A stretch of DNA of 64,000 nucleotides from an uncultured Verrucomicrobiae bacterium (lineage in GTDB: Bacteria > Verrucomicrobiota > Verrucomicrobiia > Chthoniobacterales > Chthoniobacteraceae), in assembly GCA_963828525.1 (NCBI GenBank), contig CAWHEP010000002.1, positions 320,001-384,000 of the forward strand, written 5' to 3'. The first letter of the stretch is position 1, and every line of letters begins with the position of its first letter. Both the position numbers and the translations under genes were made by a program. The notes beneath the pieces were generated by a model. That model was not told the DNA's origin, ran no database searches, and was given only the letters and a program-made list of their open reading frames with translations. This document shows, piece by piece, positions 50,051-61,926 of this stretch.

Positions 50051-53000
50051 TTGGTTAACTCAAAGGAAGGTGTGTTCCATCCGCTCACCATGATCTTGGG
50101 TCGATCACCCTGGAGGGCGGTCGAATCAAATTCGACTTGGATTTGCCGCGTCTCATGCGGGAGTAATGACACGTAATTGTCCTCATAAAAGGCGGGGAGA
50201 ATACGTTCGTTGGGCTTATTGGATTTGACCACTTTAAGACAAACCATCAGCGCGACATTCGTCGTGGGATTTTCGAGGTTAACGTTGAGCCTGACTTTTC
50301 CTTCTTCGTCTTTCTCCGTGAAGGAGCCAGTGAGATTAACTTTCGGCATATCGTTCAAGGTCAAATACTGATCTTCCTTGATTCCTCTCCAATAAAAATT
50401 CTCTGAGAGAGTTTGGGAGCCGCTCTTAAGGACAAGTTTGATGAAATGGACGGGACTTAAATCGGCCGGGAACGTCAAGGCGAAGCAGTCGGTGGCAATC
50501 CCGTTGGCGGACGAATCGATTTGCGCCTCCTGCTGCGCTTTCTGCGTGCCATCCATATTGTAAATCCAGGCCTCGGCGTGGAGATCTTTGAAGTCCTGAC
50601 CGGTGTTGTTGGCTACCTTGATCTCGTTGCTAAAGGGGTCCCACAAGATGTGGAGGGGCTCATTCGCGATTCTCACGCCAAAGTATGCGGCGGTGGGATT
50701 CAGGTAGTAGTCATAGAGTTGGCAAATCAAGGACGGCCAGGCGGGGTGAGACATCCAGATCAGACAGCCGCTGCCGGAAAGGCTTCTCCACGATTCCATC
50801 ATCGCTTTGGCGTTCTCCCAGTTCTCCATTTGCGCTTTCAGACAAAAGTCGTCCAGCCCTTGCGAGCGACCGTAAGACTTATCGATCCTTGCCTTATAGA
50901 CAGGGCACCGGGCTTGAAAAAAATCGTGAACGGCCCACATGTCGTTGATGGGCCAAAGGTCCTTTTCCGGCATCATCAGGCGCATGGAATCGGCAGTGGG
51001 CACAGTGACGATTCCCAACTCGCTGTGCAGAGTGGTCCCGATGCCGCCTGTCGCCTCACTGCCCTGACTTTTGGCGACGGCATTGTGAAAATACCAACTG
51101 TCGGGGTGAGGTTCATAGGGTCCGTGTCCGGTGACCAGGCCGCCAGCAGAATCTGGAATATAAAATCGCGTCCCATCAAGCTCCGCGGTCTCATGGGCCA
51201 TAGCCGCGTCCAAATCCTTTGGTGGCATTCCTTCGTTCTCTCCGCAATAAAGAGCCAGCGAGGGATGATTGCGAATGCGCAGGATCCGATCGCGAACATT
51301 ATCCATGAACATCTTGTGGTCATCAGGATTGACGCTCGAGAGCCAAAAATCATTCCAAACCAAAAGGCCGTATTTGTCACAGGCCTGAAAAAACTCATCT
51401 TTGCCTACATGCCCGATCCAATTTCGAATCATCGTCATGTGCATTTCTTTGTGCAGGCGGACGGCAATATCATAATCCCTGGCCTCATATCGCAACATCG
51501 TCTCGTCCATGCCCCAATTGCCGCCGTTGAGTTGGATGCGCTGACCGTTACAAAATATTTTTAGAATGTTGTCGGATGTATCATAGGTCAGTTCTCGAAT
51601 GCCGAAGACGACTTCCTTTTGACTACTAGGGGCATCCCCGGTCGTAACGATCAGATTCAGGTGCTGAAGAGGCTGCCCACCGTAACCATTCGGCCACCAC
51701 AAGGCGGGGTTTGCCAGGCTTAGCTGAGGGAATGAGGATTTATCCAAGGTCAAGTTCTTGGTCTCCTTCGGCGCCAATTCCACTTTTTGGGTGAAGGACA
51801 TGTTTTCAAGGGTTCCACTAACAGCGCCTTCCACCGGCTTGTTTTCGAGGTTTCTTACGCTCAGCTTGAGCGTAAGATCGGCTTGTTTCCGATCTTTAGA
51901 AACGGTCGACTCGACAAACGGATCCGCTAGAACGAGCGGCCCGGTTTGTTCCAAGTAAACATGATCCCAAATGCCGATGTCGCGCCCGCGAATAGTGGGC
52001 ATCCAGTTCCACCCGATACTGGCTTGAAAGGTGGGCTCGTCCTTCCCGAGAACACCTCCGTTACGACTGTCTTTCCCCAGCGATTTTTCATGGGTTGCAC
52101 CCGGGTTGGCCACTTTATGGATGAGAACGGCAAGCGCATTCGTCCGCCCCGGCAACAGGTTCTGGGTTACGTCGAAGACTCCGCGGGAAAACGCGCCATC
52201 GATATGTCCGACATGAACACCGTTAAGATAAATGTCCGCCTTCCAGTTGATCCCTTCGAAATTCAAGAGGAAATGTTGGTCTGGGGCAACGACGGTTGTT
52301 TGAAATTCCCGGCGATACCAAAAATCGTTCTGGAAAAAGGACTCGGAGACCAAGTGCTGTTGGTCGCCGAAATTTGGATCGGGAACCGCTCCGTCCGCGA
52401 GATAGTTGGCAAGAACGGTGCCAGGAATTTTGGCTGGCAACCAGCCGTCTGTGGGATAGCCCGCCTTGGAAATGACCTCCCCAGAGTCGTGGGTGAACAG
52501 CGTGTTTTGGATTTTCCATTGATTGCCATCAAGGGAGATTTTGTTGTCATGGTCCTTGCCGGGGAGAGTTAGGTCCACCGGCGGCGTGGCAGGCAGCGAC
52601 TCACCCAGGACGGTGAATTCCGCAAGTTGGCAACCTCCGGGGGCTGACCCAGCATCGGCGAGCATTCGGACATAACAAGCATTGGTTTCGGTCAAGTGAA
52701 CTTCGCTGGTTTGCGATGCTGTGCATGCCGTATGAACAACCGGCTTCCAAGTTGTGGGGCCTGTATTTTCATTCGAAATCTGAATCGTGCAGCCGGAGGG
52801 AACTAGGGGTCCCCAAGCCAGCTTAATGCCGCTGATTTTCCGCGATTGCCCTAAATCGACATAAATCCACGGTTGGTTCTCAATGCTGCTCTGCCAAAAC
52901 GTATCTAAACTTCCATCTGTGGCCAAATGAGCAACATTGTCGTAGTTGATGGCACTGGACTGATAGGCGGCCCGCTGCAGAGCGACGTTTGTTTCCACCC

Positions 53001-53115
53001 GCGTTTGGGCCTTCACCGATCCCGAATGAAGGATGAAGGACCAAATGGCCACCCCCAGCGCGTTAACGCACAAGCTGGAACTTGGTCTCCAAGACAAAGA
53101 AGAAGATGGGCTCAT
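50047..53115 (-). CDS. GH2 glycoside hydrolase with N-terminal CBM32/discoidin domain
   Basis: N-terminal TDG..DTFWQS...WIYVDLG; GWNWMP, LWWPNGYG, IRNW, RNHPSLALYCGENE and SELG motifs. Confidence 0.9.
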   Translation of the reverse strand: MSPSSSLSWRPSSSLCVNALGVAIWSFILHSGSVKAQTRVETNVALQRAAYQSSAINYDNVAHLATDGSLDTFWQSSIENQPWIYVDLGQSRKISGIKLAWGPLVPSGCTIQISNENTGPTTWKPVVHTACTASQTSEVHLTETNACYVRMLADAGSAPGGCQLAEFTVLGESLPATPPVDLTLPGKDHDNKISLDGNQWKIQNTLFTHDSGEVISKAGYPTDGWLPAKIPGTVLANYLADGAVPDPNFGDQQHLVSESFFQNDFWYRREFQTTVVAPDQHFLLNFEGINWKADIYLNGVHVGHIDGAFSRGVFDVTQNLLPGRTNALAVLIHKVANPGATHEKSLGKDSRNGGVLGKDEPTFQASIGWNWMPTIRGRDIGIWDHVYLEQTGPLVLADPFVESTVSKDRKQADLTLKLSVRNLENKPVEGAVSGTLENMSFTQKVELAPKETKNLTLDKSSFPQLSLANPALWWPNGYGGQPLQHLNLIVTTGDAPSSQKEVVFGIRELTYDTSDNILKIFCNGQRIQLNGGNWGMDETMLRYEARDYDIAVRLHKEMHMTMIRNWIGHVGKDEFFQACDKYGLLVWNDFWLSSVNPDDHKMFMDNVRDRILRIRNHPSLALYCGENEGMPPKDLDAAMAHETAELDGTRFYIPDSAGGLVTGHGPYEPHPDSWYFHNAVAKSQGSEATGGIGTTLHSELGIVTVPTADSMRLMMPEKDLWPINDMWAVHDFFQARCPVYKARIDKSYGRSQGLDDFCLKAQMENWENAKAMMESWRSLSGSGCLIWMSHPAWPSLICQLYDYYLNPTAAYFGVRIANEPLHILWDPFSNEIKVANNTGQDFKDLHAEAWIYNMDGTQKAQQEAQIDSSANGIATDCFALTFPADLSPVHFIKLVLKSGSQTLSENFYWRGIKEDQYLTLNDMPKVNLTGSFTEKDEEGKVRLNVNLENPTTNVALMVCLKVVKSNKPNERILPAFYEDNYVSLLPHETRQIQVEFDSTALQGDRPKIMVSGWNTPSFELTK

Positions 53116-54144
53116 GGAATTGGATTAAACCGGGATTTCCCATTTGACCTGATGTTCACGGTTTTCAAGTGGTTGTTTCCGGCGTTTTCATGATATTTCT
53201 GCCGACGCGGGCCGTCGTCAAGCCTTCTCCTAAGTCCCAAGAGGTAGCAATTTGGTGATATTGGCCCGTTTTCCGACGATTTTGCTCGCTGGTCGGCCTT
53301 CTTGGCAAATGAATTGGACCATGTCAAAAAGGCGGGTCCATCCGGACGCCCCGGACGGTGAATCCTTACCCATCAAGAACAATAGCAAAGCTCAATGGGA
53401 CACCGATCTGGAAATTGTCGATAATCCAGATCACACAATCCCAAAACGGACTCGAATATACCTACGTCAATCGAGCACGATCTCAGCATTTCGAATGATG
53501 ACCTCGGCCCCAGCGGTACCACATACGATGCAATGACCAGGCGGACCCTTTTTCACTACTGTGATGCTTTCACCATCCTCAAACCTCGGTGGGCTAGTGG
53601 AACAATCCAACCTGTAGATGCCGGTGGCACCCTTGGGGATGGACTGGCGGGATCTTTTCATGGAGCATGTACAGATGAACACTGGAGGCTCTGGATGTCC
53701 AATCGAAAATGCCGACTGCCCCAAGGATCGCCTATACGGGCGGATGTCGCCGGAGCCGCTGTGGTGACACCCCTGGATTCAGGCGAAAGGGGGTTTTCCC
53801 AACATCAGTGACATCGATGAGCGTCGGTGAACATGAGCTCAGGCAAATCTGCCTGTTTTCGGGTCTGATCTTCTCGGGTTTTGGCCGGTGTGGAGGCGAT
53901 CCTGGGCCGTCTTCAATGTGACCAAATCAGGCTCGGGAGACCTCCCCTTACTCGGGCTTCGCCGCGGAGTTCTATCGACGAAGCCCGCGTCCACGAAAGG
54001 TATAAGGCTTGGAAGAAGAGGTGCATTTCGACATCAGTGACATCCTGAAACACCCGAAAATATCGATGATATGTTATGACTCTGCGTTATGACTGGGCAC
54101 TGAAAAAGCAGTCGTTTGCCACGTAGCCCTAATGGATACAGGGT

Positions 54145-54218
54145 TGGAGCGGGTGAAGGGAATCGAACCCTCGTGTCCAGCTTGGGAAGCTGGCGTTCTA
54201 CCATTGAACTACACCCGC
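54145..54218 (-). tRNA. tRNA-Gly(CCC)
   Basis: GCGGGTGTAGTTCAATGGTAGAACGCCAGCTTCCCAAGCTGGACACGAGGGTTCGATTCCCTTCACCCGCTCCA; full cloverleaf, anticodon CCC, encoded CCA. Confidence 0.97.
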
Positions 54219-54251
54219 GAATGCGGCAGGACCCCGCCGACACTTTCCCGT

Positions 54252-54911
54252 TTACTGCCAGGAAAGAACGTCGTCAAACTTTGGATTGGCCGACCACTCG
54301 ATTCTCCGGCGGCGCCGAATTGAGTGTCGGGGCCGTAGGACCAGACGGCCACGCCGGTCAGTGAGCGGTGTTTTGCGGCGTGGTCGCTATGTTGGTGTAG
54401 GGGACTATGATGAAGCCTTGGTATTCTTTATCGATGGCCACGCATATAGGTTTACCCCACGGATCGTAATAGCATGGGCCGTAGTTCCATCGGCGGTGCC
54501 GATGCCACCTTTGGGCGTGGTGGTGCTCTTGGCAAAGGGAACGTCGAGGTAAGCGACCTGGCGGGGATTTTCGTTAGGTCGTTTCGATGGCGGAAGTCAG
54601 CTCGCAAGGCGTCGAAAGCAGGTTGTTGGGTAATCGGGAGCCGATTGGTGCGTTTGGGTCGCCTAGTCATCGGCCCCGTTAGCGGCGTCGGTCACAGTGG
54701 TGGGCCTGACGGGGATATTGGCCGTAGTCGGTGTAGAACATTTTAACGGCGGTCACGATCTGGGACTCGTCGTTTTTGGCCTGGGCTTTGCGGGCGGTAT
54801 TTTTGGCCGCGATAATGGCGGGAAAGAGCAGGCCCATGAGGATCGCGATGATGGCGATCACGGTGAGCAATTCGATGAGCGTGAATCCAGAACGCCGGGG
54901 AGGGGGTGCAT
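54252..54911 (-). CDS. Prepilin-type/type II secretion pseudopilin-like protein (frameshifted)
   Basis: GFTLIELLTVIAIIAILMGLLFP...FYTDYGQYP; C-terminal VWSYGPD...DDVLSWQ*. Confidence 0.75.
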
Positions 54912-55039
54912 GGCTCCAATTTAGCAGGGCAGCAAGGCTTGCAAGCTTGCCCTGCCGCGAGAGGGCGGTGGGAGCGGGCGAATGGTGTGGGCATTATGGG
55001 CCGCCTTGCTTTTTGCGGGGATGGCGTCCACTTCCCGGC

Positions 55040-55922
55040 ATGGAAATGGCCGATGGGGCGACTGCAGCCTTTGCGGGAATGGATGCATTTGGCGGCGGAT
55101 GGCACAGGGCTTTTCCTCCGGTCGATGGAGGCACAGGAGCGCGAAAAGGGATGGTGCTGATGGTGCACGGGTTTGGCGAATATTCCGGGCGGTATCTCCA
55201 TGTGATGAGGAAGCTGGCGGCGGCGGGGTTTTCAGCAGTGGCGATGGATTTGCGGGGGCATGGCCGCTCCGAGGGGGCGCGGGGGGATATCGCTTCCTAT
55301 GAGGTGCTACTGGAAGATCTGCGGGAGGTTTGGGTGAAGGTGACGGGGGCGGAGGGCAGGGGAAAAGCTGCCGGCGTTTCTTTATGGCCACAGCCTGGGA
55401 GGGCAGATCGTTTTGAATTTTGCGGCAGGCATATCGGCCGGGGGCGGCGGGCCTGGTGGTGACCTCGCCGTGGCTGCGCCTGGCTTTTGCGCCGGAGCGC
55501 TGGAAGGTGGCCCTGGCGTGGCTGGCGGCTCGGGTCTGGCCGGGATTCATGCAGGGGGTGGCGGTGCGGCCGGAGCGGCTCTCGCGGGATCTGGATTTCC
55601 TGCGGCGATGCCGGATCTGCAGCTGGCGCATCACCGCATGTCGGCGCGCATGTACCGGTTATTCACGACGGGGGCGGAGCGGGCGAGGACGGCAGCACGC
55701 TCGCTGGCCTGCCCGATCCTGCTGGTGCACGGGAGCCTGGATCGGCGTGACTTCGGTCGAGGCGACGCAGGAGTTTTTCCGGGAGCTGAAGAGCGAGGAC
55801 AAGACTCTCGCCATCCTCCCGGAGGGCTGCACGAAACGCATAACGATCTCTGCCGGGAGGAGGTGTTCGATCACATCATGGCCTGGCTGCTGCGGCAAGT
55901 GCGGCAGCCAGGGCGGAGTTAG
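55040..55922 (+). CDS. Alpha/beta hydrolase (lysophospholipase-like), frameshifted
   Basis: VHGFGEYSGRY, DLRGHGRS, GHSLGG (shifted frame), LLVHG and HETHND motifs. Confidence 0.8.
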
Positions 55923-55930
55923 CGAACCCG

Positions 55931-56240
55931 CTACAGGAGCGGGGCTTGCGAAGTTTCTTCGCGGCTGAGCGATCGAGCAGCTTGGCCACGGCGGCTGCCG
56001 ACCAGGAGCAGGGCGGCGAAGAGATAGAGGTTCGTGTTGGAGCGCACGTGGCCGAGGACCAGTTCTTCGGCGGAGAGGAGGTTTTTGCTGCCGGTGCGCA
56101 GGCCGTGGCGGGCGCGGGCGGCGGCTTCATCGGCGGCGGATTTTCGCCTGGTCGCCCCACTCGTCGGTAGCAGTTTGCGCTTTTTCCACGCCATCGTTGA
56201 ACAGGTGGCTCAGTCGATTGATTTCGTGTTTGAGGTTCAT
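55931..56240 (-). CDS. Small ElaB/DUF883-like tail-anchored protein (frameshifted)
   Basis: Reconstructed MNLKHEINRL...AADEAAARAR...HVRSNTNLYLFAALLLVG. Confidence 0.45.
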
Positions 56241-56305
56241 GGATTTTCGGGTTCGATTTTTAAGGGATGAGCATTGCCCCGATCAGTATCGGTTTTGCGG
56301 GAGGC

Positions 56306-57422
56306 TTACGGTTTTACGGTTTCCCCGAGCGGAGGCCGGCGAGGGGCGCGCCGTAGCCGGTCAGTTCCATGTAGCCGTGGCCTGCGACAGGCGGAGCCCG
56401 CGCGCCGGGCCGAGACGTGGATCAGGCCCTCCCAGTAAGCGAGGGAGGGGAGGGCGAGTTCCTGGTCGCGCAGGGGGGTGGAGATCTCCGCGGCGAGGTC
56501 GAGCCGGGGAATCTCCAGCCGCCAGCGGATGGGGTAGTTCGCGCCGCTGGCGGGGCTGCGCCACCACGTCGAGCGGCGTGAGCCGGTAGTCGCCGGCCGA
56601 CCAGGTGCAGGGTGGCGCCGTCCTTTGCAACGAAGGTGCCGCTGGAGGCGGCATCGATGGCGCCGCTGCGGAGGCGCATCTGGTAGAGCATGAGTTCCGT
56701 GCCGTCGGCGAGCTGCAGGGAGAACCAGTTCCATCCGGCCTGGCCGGGGGCGAGCTGGTTGGTCGCCCATTCGTGGTCGAACCAGGTCTCGCCCGCGACC
56801 GGCAGCGGCGGCTGGGACGGGAAGGGTGAGAATGCCCGGTCGTTTTCATGCGGGTGAGCGAGTAGTAGCAGGAGGCGTGGCCGTCGCCGGCGGCTTTTTG
56901 GCTGATGCCGTGCTCGCCTTCGATAACGGGGGGCTTTTGCGACACGAGCTGGAGCTCCAGGGTGCGGCCTTCGCTCGTGGCGGTAATGCGCCAGCTTCCA
57001 TCCGGCTGCACGGTGAGCCGCCAGTCGTCGATCCAGGCCAGCGGGCCGGGCGAGCCATCGCCGAAGCCGGCTTCGCCGAAGGCGCCGCGCGCGACTTTTT
57101 GCGAGAAGTAGAAATGGCCCGGCGGCGATATCCGAGATGGCGAAATGGGCGAATTTGAAATCGCGCACCAGGAAGCGCGAGGCGGCCGGGTCGCGCTCCG
57201 GAAGGACGCCCTGGCGGAACCAGGTGAGCTGGTAGCCGAATTCGCGCCCCGCCGGGCGTGCGGAGGTTTCCGGTGAAGTACCACCACTCGGTTTTGAAGC
57301 GGGGGTGGATGCCATCGTCGCGTGGGAAGGAGTAGGTGGCGCCCGGGCGCGCGAGGTGCCAGCCATGGGGGCCGGGTGCGCGGCGCACCCAGAGGAGAAG
57401 GGAGCCAGGAAAAGGGGCGCAT
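56306..57422 (-). CDS. AttH/CrtC-like lipocalin-domain protein (frameshifted)
   Basis: FP.D...HP.FKTEWWYFTGNL, FGYQLTWFR, YYS, WFDHEW, GWNWFS and YWEG motifs. Confidence 0.82.
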
Positions 57423-57426
57423 GGTG

Positions 57427-59985
57427 TCATTCCTCCCGGAGCGCGGCGGCGATGGGCACGCGCGCGGCCTGCCGGGCGGGAAGAATGGCCGCGAGCATGG
57501 CCGCGCCGACGATCCAGAGCGGGGTGGTGGCGATGAAGAGCACGGGGAATTGCAGCTCGATGGTCCAGCCGAAGAAGGCCTTGTTCACCACCCAGGTGAG
57601 CACCATGGCGAGGCAGAGACCGGATGCCACGCCGAGCCCGCTGGCCACTGCTCCGAGCACCGCGGCCTCGCCGAGCAGCATGGCGCCGATCTGGCGGCGG
57701 GAGCCGCCGATGGCGCGCAGAATGCCGATCTCGCGTTCGCGTTCGATGACGAGCGCCGTGAGCGACAGGAACAGGCCGACGATGGCCACGAGAATGGCGA
57801 TGGTGCGCAGGATGCCGGTGACGGCGAAGGTCTGGTCGAAGATCGCCAGGATGCGCCGCGCAACGCGGAGTTCGCATAGACAAGCAGGCCGCCGCCCTGC
57901 CGGCGGAGGCGCCCGGCGACGGCGGCGGGATCCGCGCCGGGGCGGAGGTAAAGCGCGGCGGAGTTGACGCCGGGATCGTGCCAGTAGCGGTCGAAGAGGG
58001 AGCGATCCATCATGATCAAGCCGCGATCGCTCGTGTAGTCGTAATAGACGCCGGCGATGCGGAAGGGCTTGAGGCCCGCGGGGGTGAGGAGGTCGAGCAG
58101 GGTCCGCCCTCGCCCACGGCGTGCTTGCGGGCGAAGGTTTCGGTGACGATGACGGAGCCGGCGAAAAAGGCCTGCATCTTGGCGCGGTCGCGTCGTTGCA
58201 CAAAGCGGATATTGCGGCGGTCGGCGCCGGTCACAATGCCCAAGATCCACCGAGTCCATGGAGTCCACGGAGCGGAGACGGGTAGAATACTGGCGGTAGG
58301 TATCGAGCTCCTCCACGCCGGGATCGGCGGCGAGGGCGCGGAGGGTCTCGGGCGGGATGAAGGCGTGGAGGCCGATGACTTCGTTCGAGGCCGGGGCGAC
58401 GAAGAGATCGGCCACGATGCCGCGGGTGATCCAGCTTTCCACGCTCTGGCGGAAGGAGAAGATCATGACCGAGACGCCGATCATCATGGCGACGGCACAG
58501 GCCAGCGCGGCCACGGTGACGGCGCTGCGATGGATAGTCCGGCGGACATTTTCGCCCGCCATGCGGAGGATGGTGTGGCGCAGCGGAAGCGGCGAGGCGG
58601 CCGGCGGCGGCGGAAACGCCCGGGGCGAAGAGGGCGAAGCCGGCCATCACGAAAAAGGCGGCGGCAAAGGAAAGCCACGCGGCAGTGGTGCGCAGCGCGG
58701 CGGCGGAGCAGAGCCAGGCAAGCACGAGGAAGACCAGGCCTGCCGAGCGCCCAGAGCCAGGCATGGCCGCGCTGGAAACGCTCCAGGCGGGCGCCATGGC
58801 TGAGCGCGGCGATGGGGTCGGCTTTCGCGGCTTCATTCGCGGGCACCCAGGCGCCGACCAGGACGGAGGCCAGGCCAAGCGCGGCCGCGGCGGCAAAGGG
58901 GACGCCATCCCAAAAGCGGCGAGCGGATGCTGACGAGCAGGTAGAGCGAAGAGACGGTGCGCGCCACGGAACCGGCGAGGGCCTGCGCGAGCCCGACCCC
59001 GCCCACGATGCCGCCGGCGCCGTCGCCGAAGACGCCGAAGAAAAGGGCCTCGCCGAGGAAAAGGGCGCGCACTTCCGCGCGGGTGGCGCCGAGCGCGCGC
59101 AGGATGCCGATCTCCACCCGGCGGCGGGCGGTCGAGGCGAAGAGGGTGTTATAAATCAGGAACATGCCCACGAGCAGCGAGACGAGGCTGAGCGCGGTGA
59201 GGTTCAACTGGAAGGCGCCGAGCATCTTCTCGATTTGCAGGCTGCGCTGGCCGGGGGCGCCTCACCTGGGTATCCGCGGGGAGCAGAGCGGCTAGGGTGC
59301 GCTGCACCGCCTCCGGGTGGGCGGGATCGTCCAGGAGCAGTTGCACGGAGGAGAGCCGGCCGCGCCGCTGGAAGTTCTCCTGGGCCCAGCCGATATCCAT
59401 GGCGGCGATGGGCACGCCCGCGGAGCCGGCCGGGATGCCGCGCAGCGGGATGAGATTCGAGGATGGTGAAGATGCGCCGTGCGGCTATTGATGAGGAGGC
59501 GCAGGGAATCGCCGGGCCGCAGGCCGTGGACGCGGGCGAATTCATCGCTAATGGCGATGCCGTGCGGATTGGCCAGCCAGGGCTCGAGGTCAAAGGAATG
59601 GCCGCCGCCATCGCCGATCTCGAAAGTGCGGAACGGGGAATTGGTAAAGACATCGATGCCAAGGACGCGGAGGTATTCGCCGGGAAAATCGGGCGTGGTG
59701 GCGAGTTCCTCGATGACAGGAGTCGTGGCGCGAACGCCGGGGGCATGGGCGATGGCGGGAAAGAGAGCGTCATCGAGCGGGCCGCGGACTTCGAGTTGGG
59801 CTTTGCCGGCGACGATATCGACGCCGGCCTCGAAGCCGCGGGCGGCGCTGCGATTGGCGATCTGGATGGCGACGAAAACGGCCACGCCAAGGCCACGGCC
59901 AGAATATTCAGCGCGGCGAGCAGCCAGTGGCGGCGGATGTGGCGCCAGACCAGCCAGCGGAAGAGGAAAGGAAACGGGCGGGCAT
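57427..59985 (-). CDS. ABC transporter permease, FtsX-like duplicated (AttF/G-like; many frameshifts)
   Basis: AFQLNLTALS, EIGILRALG, FDQTFA.T, EIGILRAIG and VNKAFFGWT motifs. Confidence 0.82.
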
Positions 59986-60348
59986 GGATTTCCTAGGAGA
60001 GTACGAATATGGGCGCGGGTAAGATTAAGATATCTAAAATTTACCGGAGAGTATGTGAAACAGGGCCGGACCTTTCATTCGGCAGATTTATGTAAGTAAC
60101 GTCTTGAAATCTTTACATGGCACGTCCTGGACATCAGGTCGCATTCGCTCGTTTCTTCCCTCCGCCTCCGCAACCGCTAAGTCGTCCGAAGTGAAACTCA
60201 GACAGCATCTTAAGCAATATTATGATTAAATTTTCCCCATCCCCCAGCTCGCAAAAAGCCCAACCGCTTCGGAATTCATACACGCGATTTTTCTCGATCA
60301 CCGTCTTGGTCCTTCTTTAAACAGGAGCTTCGCAACTGAACCAATATT

Positions 60349-61908
60349 GTGCCGGACCCTGAAATCTCAACCGACGAGAGAGCGGAAGCCCGCTTTCGCT
60401 CTTCGAAAACAGTGCCGTTGCAGCCGGACGCGAAGCGTGTGCCCCGTTCGCCCGTCAAATGGTTCCAATCGAGGGTTTCTCCCCGGGTTTTTCGCATTTG
60501 GTCGGTAACTCTTGCGGCACTATGGTTTTTGCTGGTCAACCCGGTCATCGATATTCTGCAGCAGAGGGCCCGCCCTCTGCCCGGAAGTTCAGATAACGAG
60601 GGACACCGGCTCGATTTTGGAGAATATTATGCTGCAGGGCTCGCAGTTCGGCACGGCTTGTGGGATTGCCTTTACCCAATTCCGAAGGCAGGGGTTTACG
60701 AAAATCCGCTGAAATTTTCCCCATCCTCAAAAACCTTCCTATTTACTGCTAATGCTGCTCATTCGACACAGAACTTTTACCCAAGCCTTGCGGCCCCTTG
60801 GGCTTCGGACTATAGCGAGAGGATTTTGGCGTATTGCCCCGAATTAGCCCATTCCTACTGGCGCTACATCCTGCCTCCGCCCTTCGCCTTGTTCCTGTGG
60901 CCTCTTGCCTATTTCGATTATCGGACGGCGGAGGAGGTCGTGGCTCCTATCCTTTTTAATTTCGCCCTTTTCGGCGTCTCGATCCTCTCGGCCCGCATGT
61001 ATCGCCTGCTGGAAGGGAATGATACTTATGTTGAGGGCCTGGTTGCGATCGCCTTCTGCATTTATGCGCTTCATGGCTTAACCACGATTGAAACCGGGAA
61101 CATCTCTCCAGTTCTTTCTTTCTTTATCTGCCTTGCCGTTTACGGCTGGATGAAGAAACGATATCTATGGCTGGCCGCAGCTATGATTCCCTTGCTGACA
61201 TCCAAGGCGCTGGTGGTGAATTGGTGTCCGTTATTGTTCATCCGGAGGGCATTCTGGAAGGGAGCAGCCGCCCTCGCCCTTTTTTCCATTGCTCTCAACG
61301 CTGCCACACTCTTTTTAGGCGGAAGCGGCATTTACCATCAATATTTTTCACTGGTTTTGCCAAAGATTGAAGTGCCAATAGGAGACGGTATTGCTCCGCG
61401 GCTCTTCTACTTTTATGGGCTTTACCCGAAGGAACTTTATTTATTACTGACCGGCGTCATTTGCGTGGCCATCTATGCCGGATTCAGGCGAAGCACATCA
61501 GATCCGCGTGGCATCAATTGGCCCTCAGCGATCGGCGCTGCGACCGCCGGCACGATGGCGGTCTTTTGCCTGTTTAATTTTTCAATTTGGGTCAATTACA
61601 TTTGGATGTACCTTTTTTTTCCCTTCTTGGGCTGGCTGGCATGGGAGGCGGTTCACGCGAGTGGAGCATGGAAAGCGATTATTAGAGGGGGTCTCTGGGC
61701 GTGTTATATTTGGCTGGTAAGTGAGAGATATGTCACCTCGGTTCTGTTCCGAGTTTACGGAATGCAAACGGCAACAAGCTACCATTTCATGGTGTTTTCC
61801 CAGGTTTGCTTCGCCGTATTCCCGGCTTTTTTTCTCCTGGTCGCCTTTCGGCGCCTCTTTTTTGCGCCGTTAATGGGCGCGGCAACTCAAAGTCAGCCGG
61901 CCGCCTGA
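60349..61908 (+). CDS. GT87/DUF2029-like membrane glycosyltransferase
   Basis: DFGEYYAAG, YILPPPFALFLWPL and GNIS motifs; multiple TMs. Confidence 0.7.
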   Translation: MPDPEISTDERAEARFRSSKTVPLQPDAKRVPRSPVKWFQSRVSPRVFRIWSVTLAALWFLLVNPVIDILQQRARPLPGSSDNEGHRLDFGEYYAAGLAVRHGLWDCLYPIPKAGVYENPLKFSPSSKTFLFTANAAHSTQNFYPSLAAPWASDYSERILAYCPELAHSYWRYILPPPFALFLWPLAYFDYRTAEEVVAPILFNFALFGVSILSARMYRLLEGNDTYVEGLVAIAFCIYALHGLTTIETGNISPVLSFFICLAVYGWMKKRYLWLAAAMIPLLTSKALVVNWCPLLFIRRAFWKGAAALALFSIALNAATLFLGGSGIYHQYFSLVLPKIEVPIGDGIAPRLFYFYGLYPKELYLLLTGVICVAIYAGFRRSTSDPRGINWPSAIGAATAGTMAVFCLFNFSIWVNYIWMYLFFPFLGWLAWEAVHASGAWKAIIRGGLWACYIWLVSERYVTSVLFRVYGMQTATSYHFMVFSQVCFAVFPAFFLLVAFRRLFFAPLMGAATQSQPAA

Positions 61909-61926
61909 TATCATCTCGCCATTGCC

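Noticed and set aside
53150..53950. Short ORFs between the GH2 gene and tRNA-Gly as an integrase or transposase remnant
   Set aside because: No catalytic motifs recognisable in any frame.
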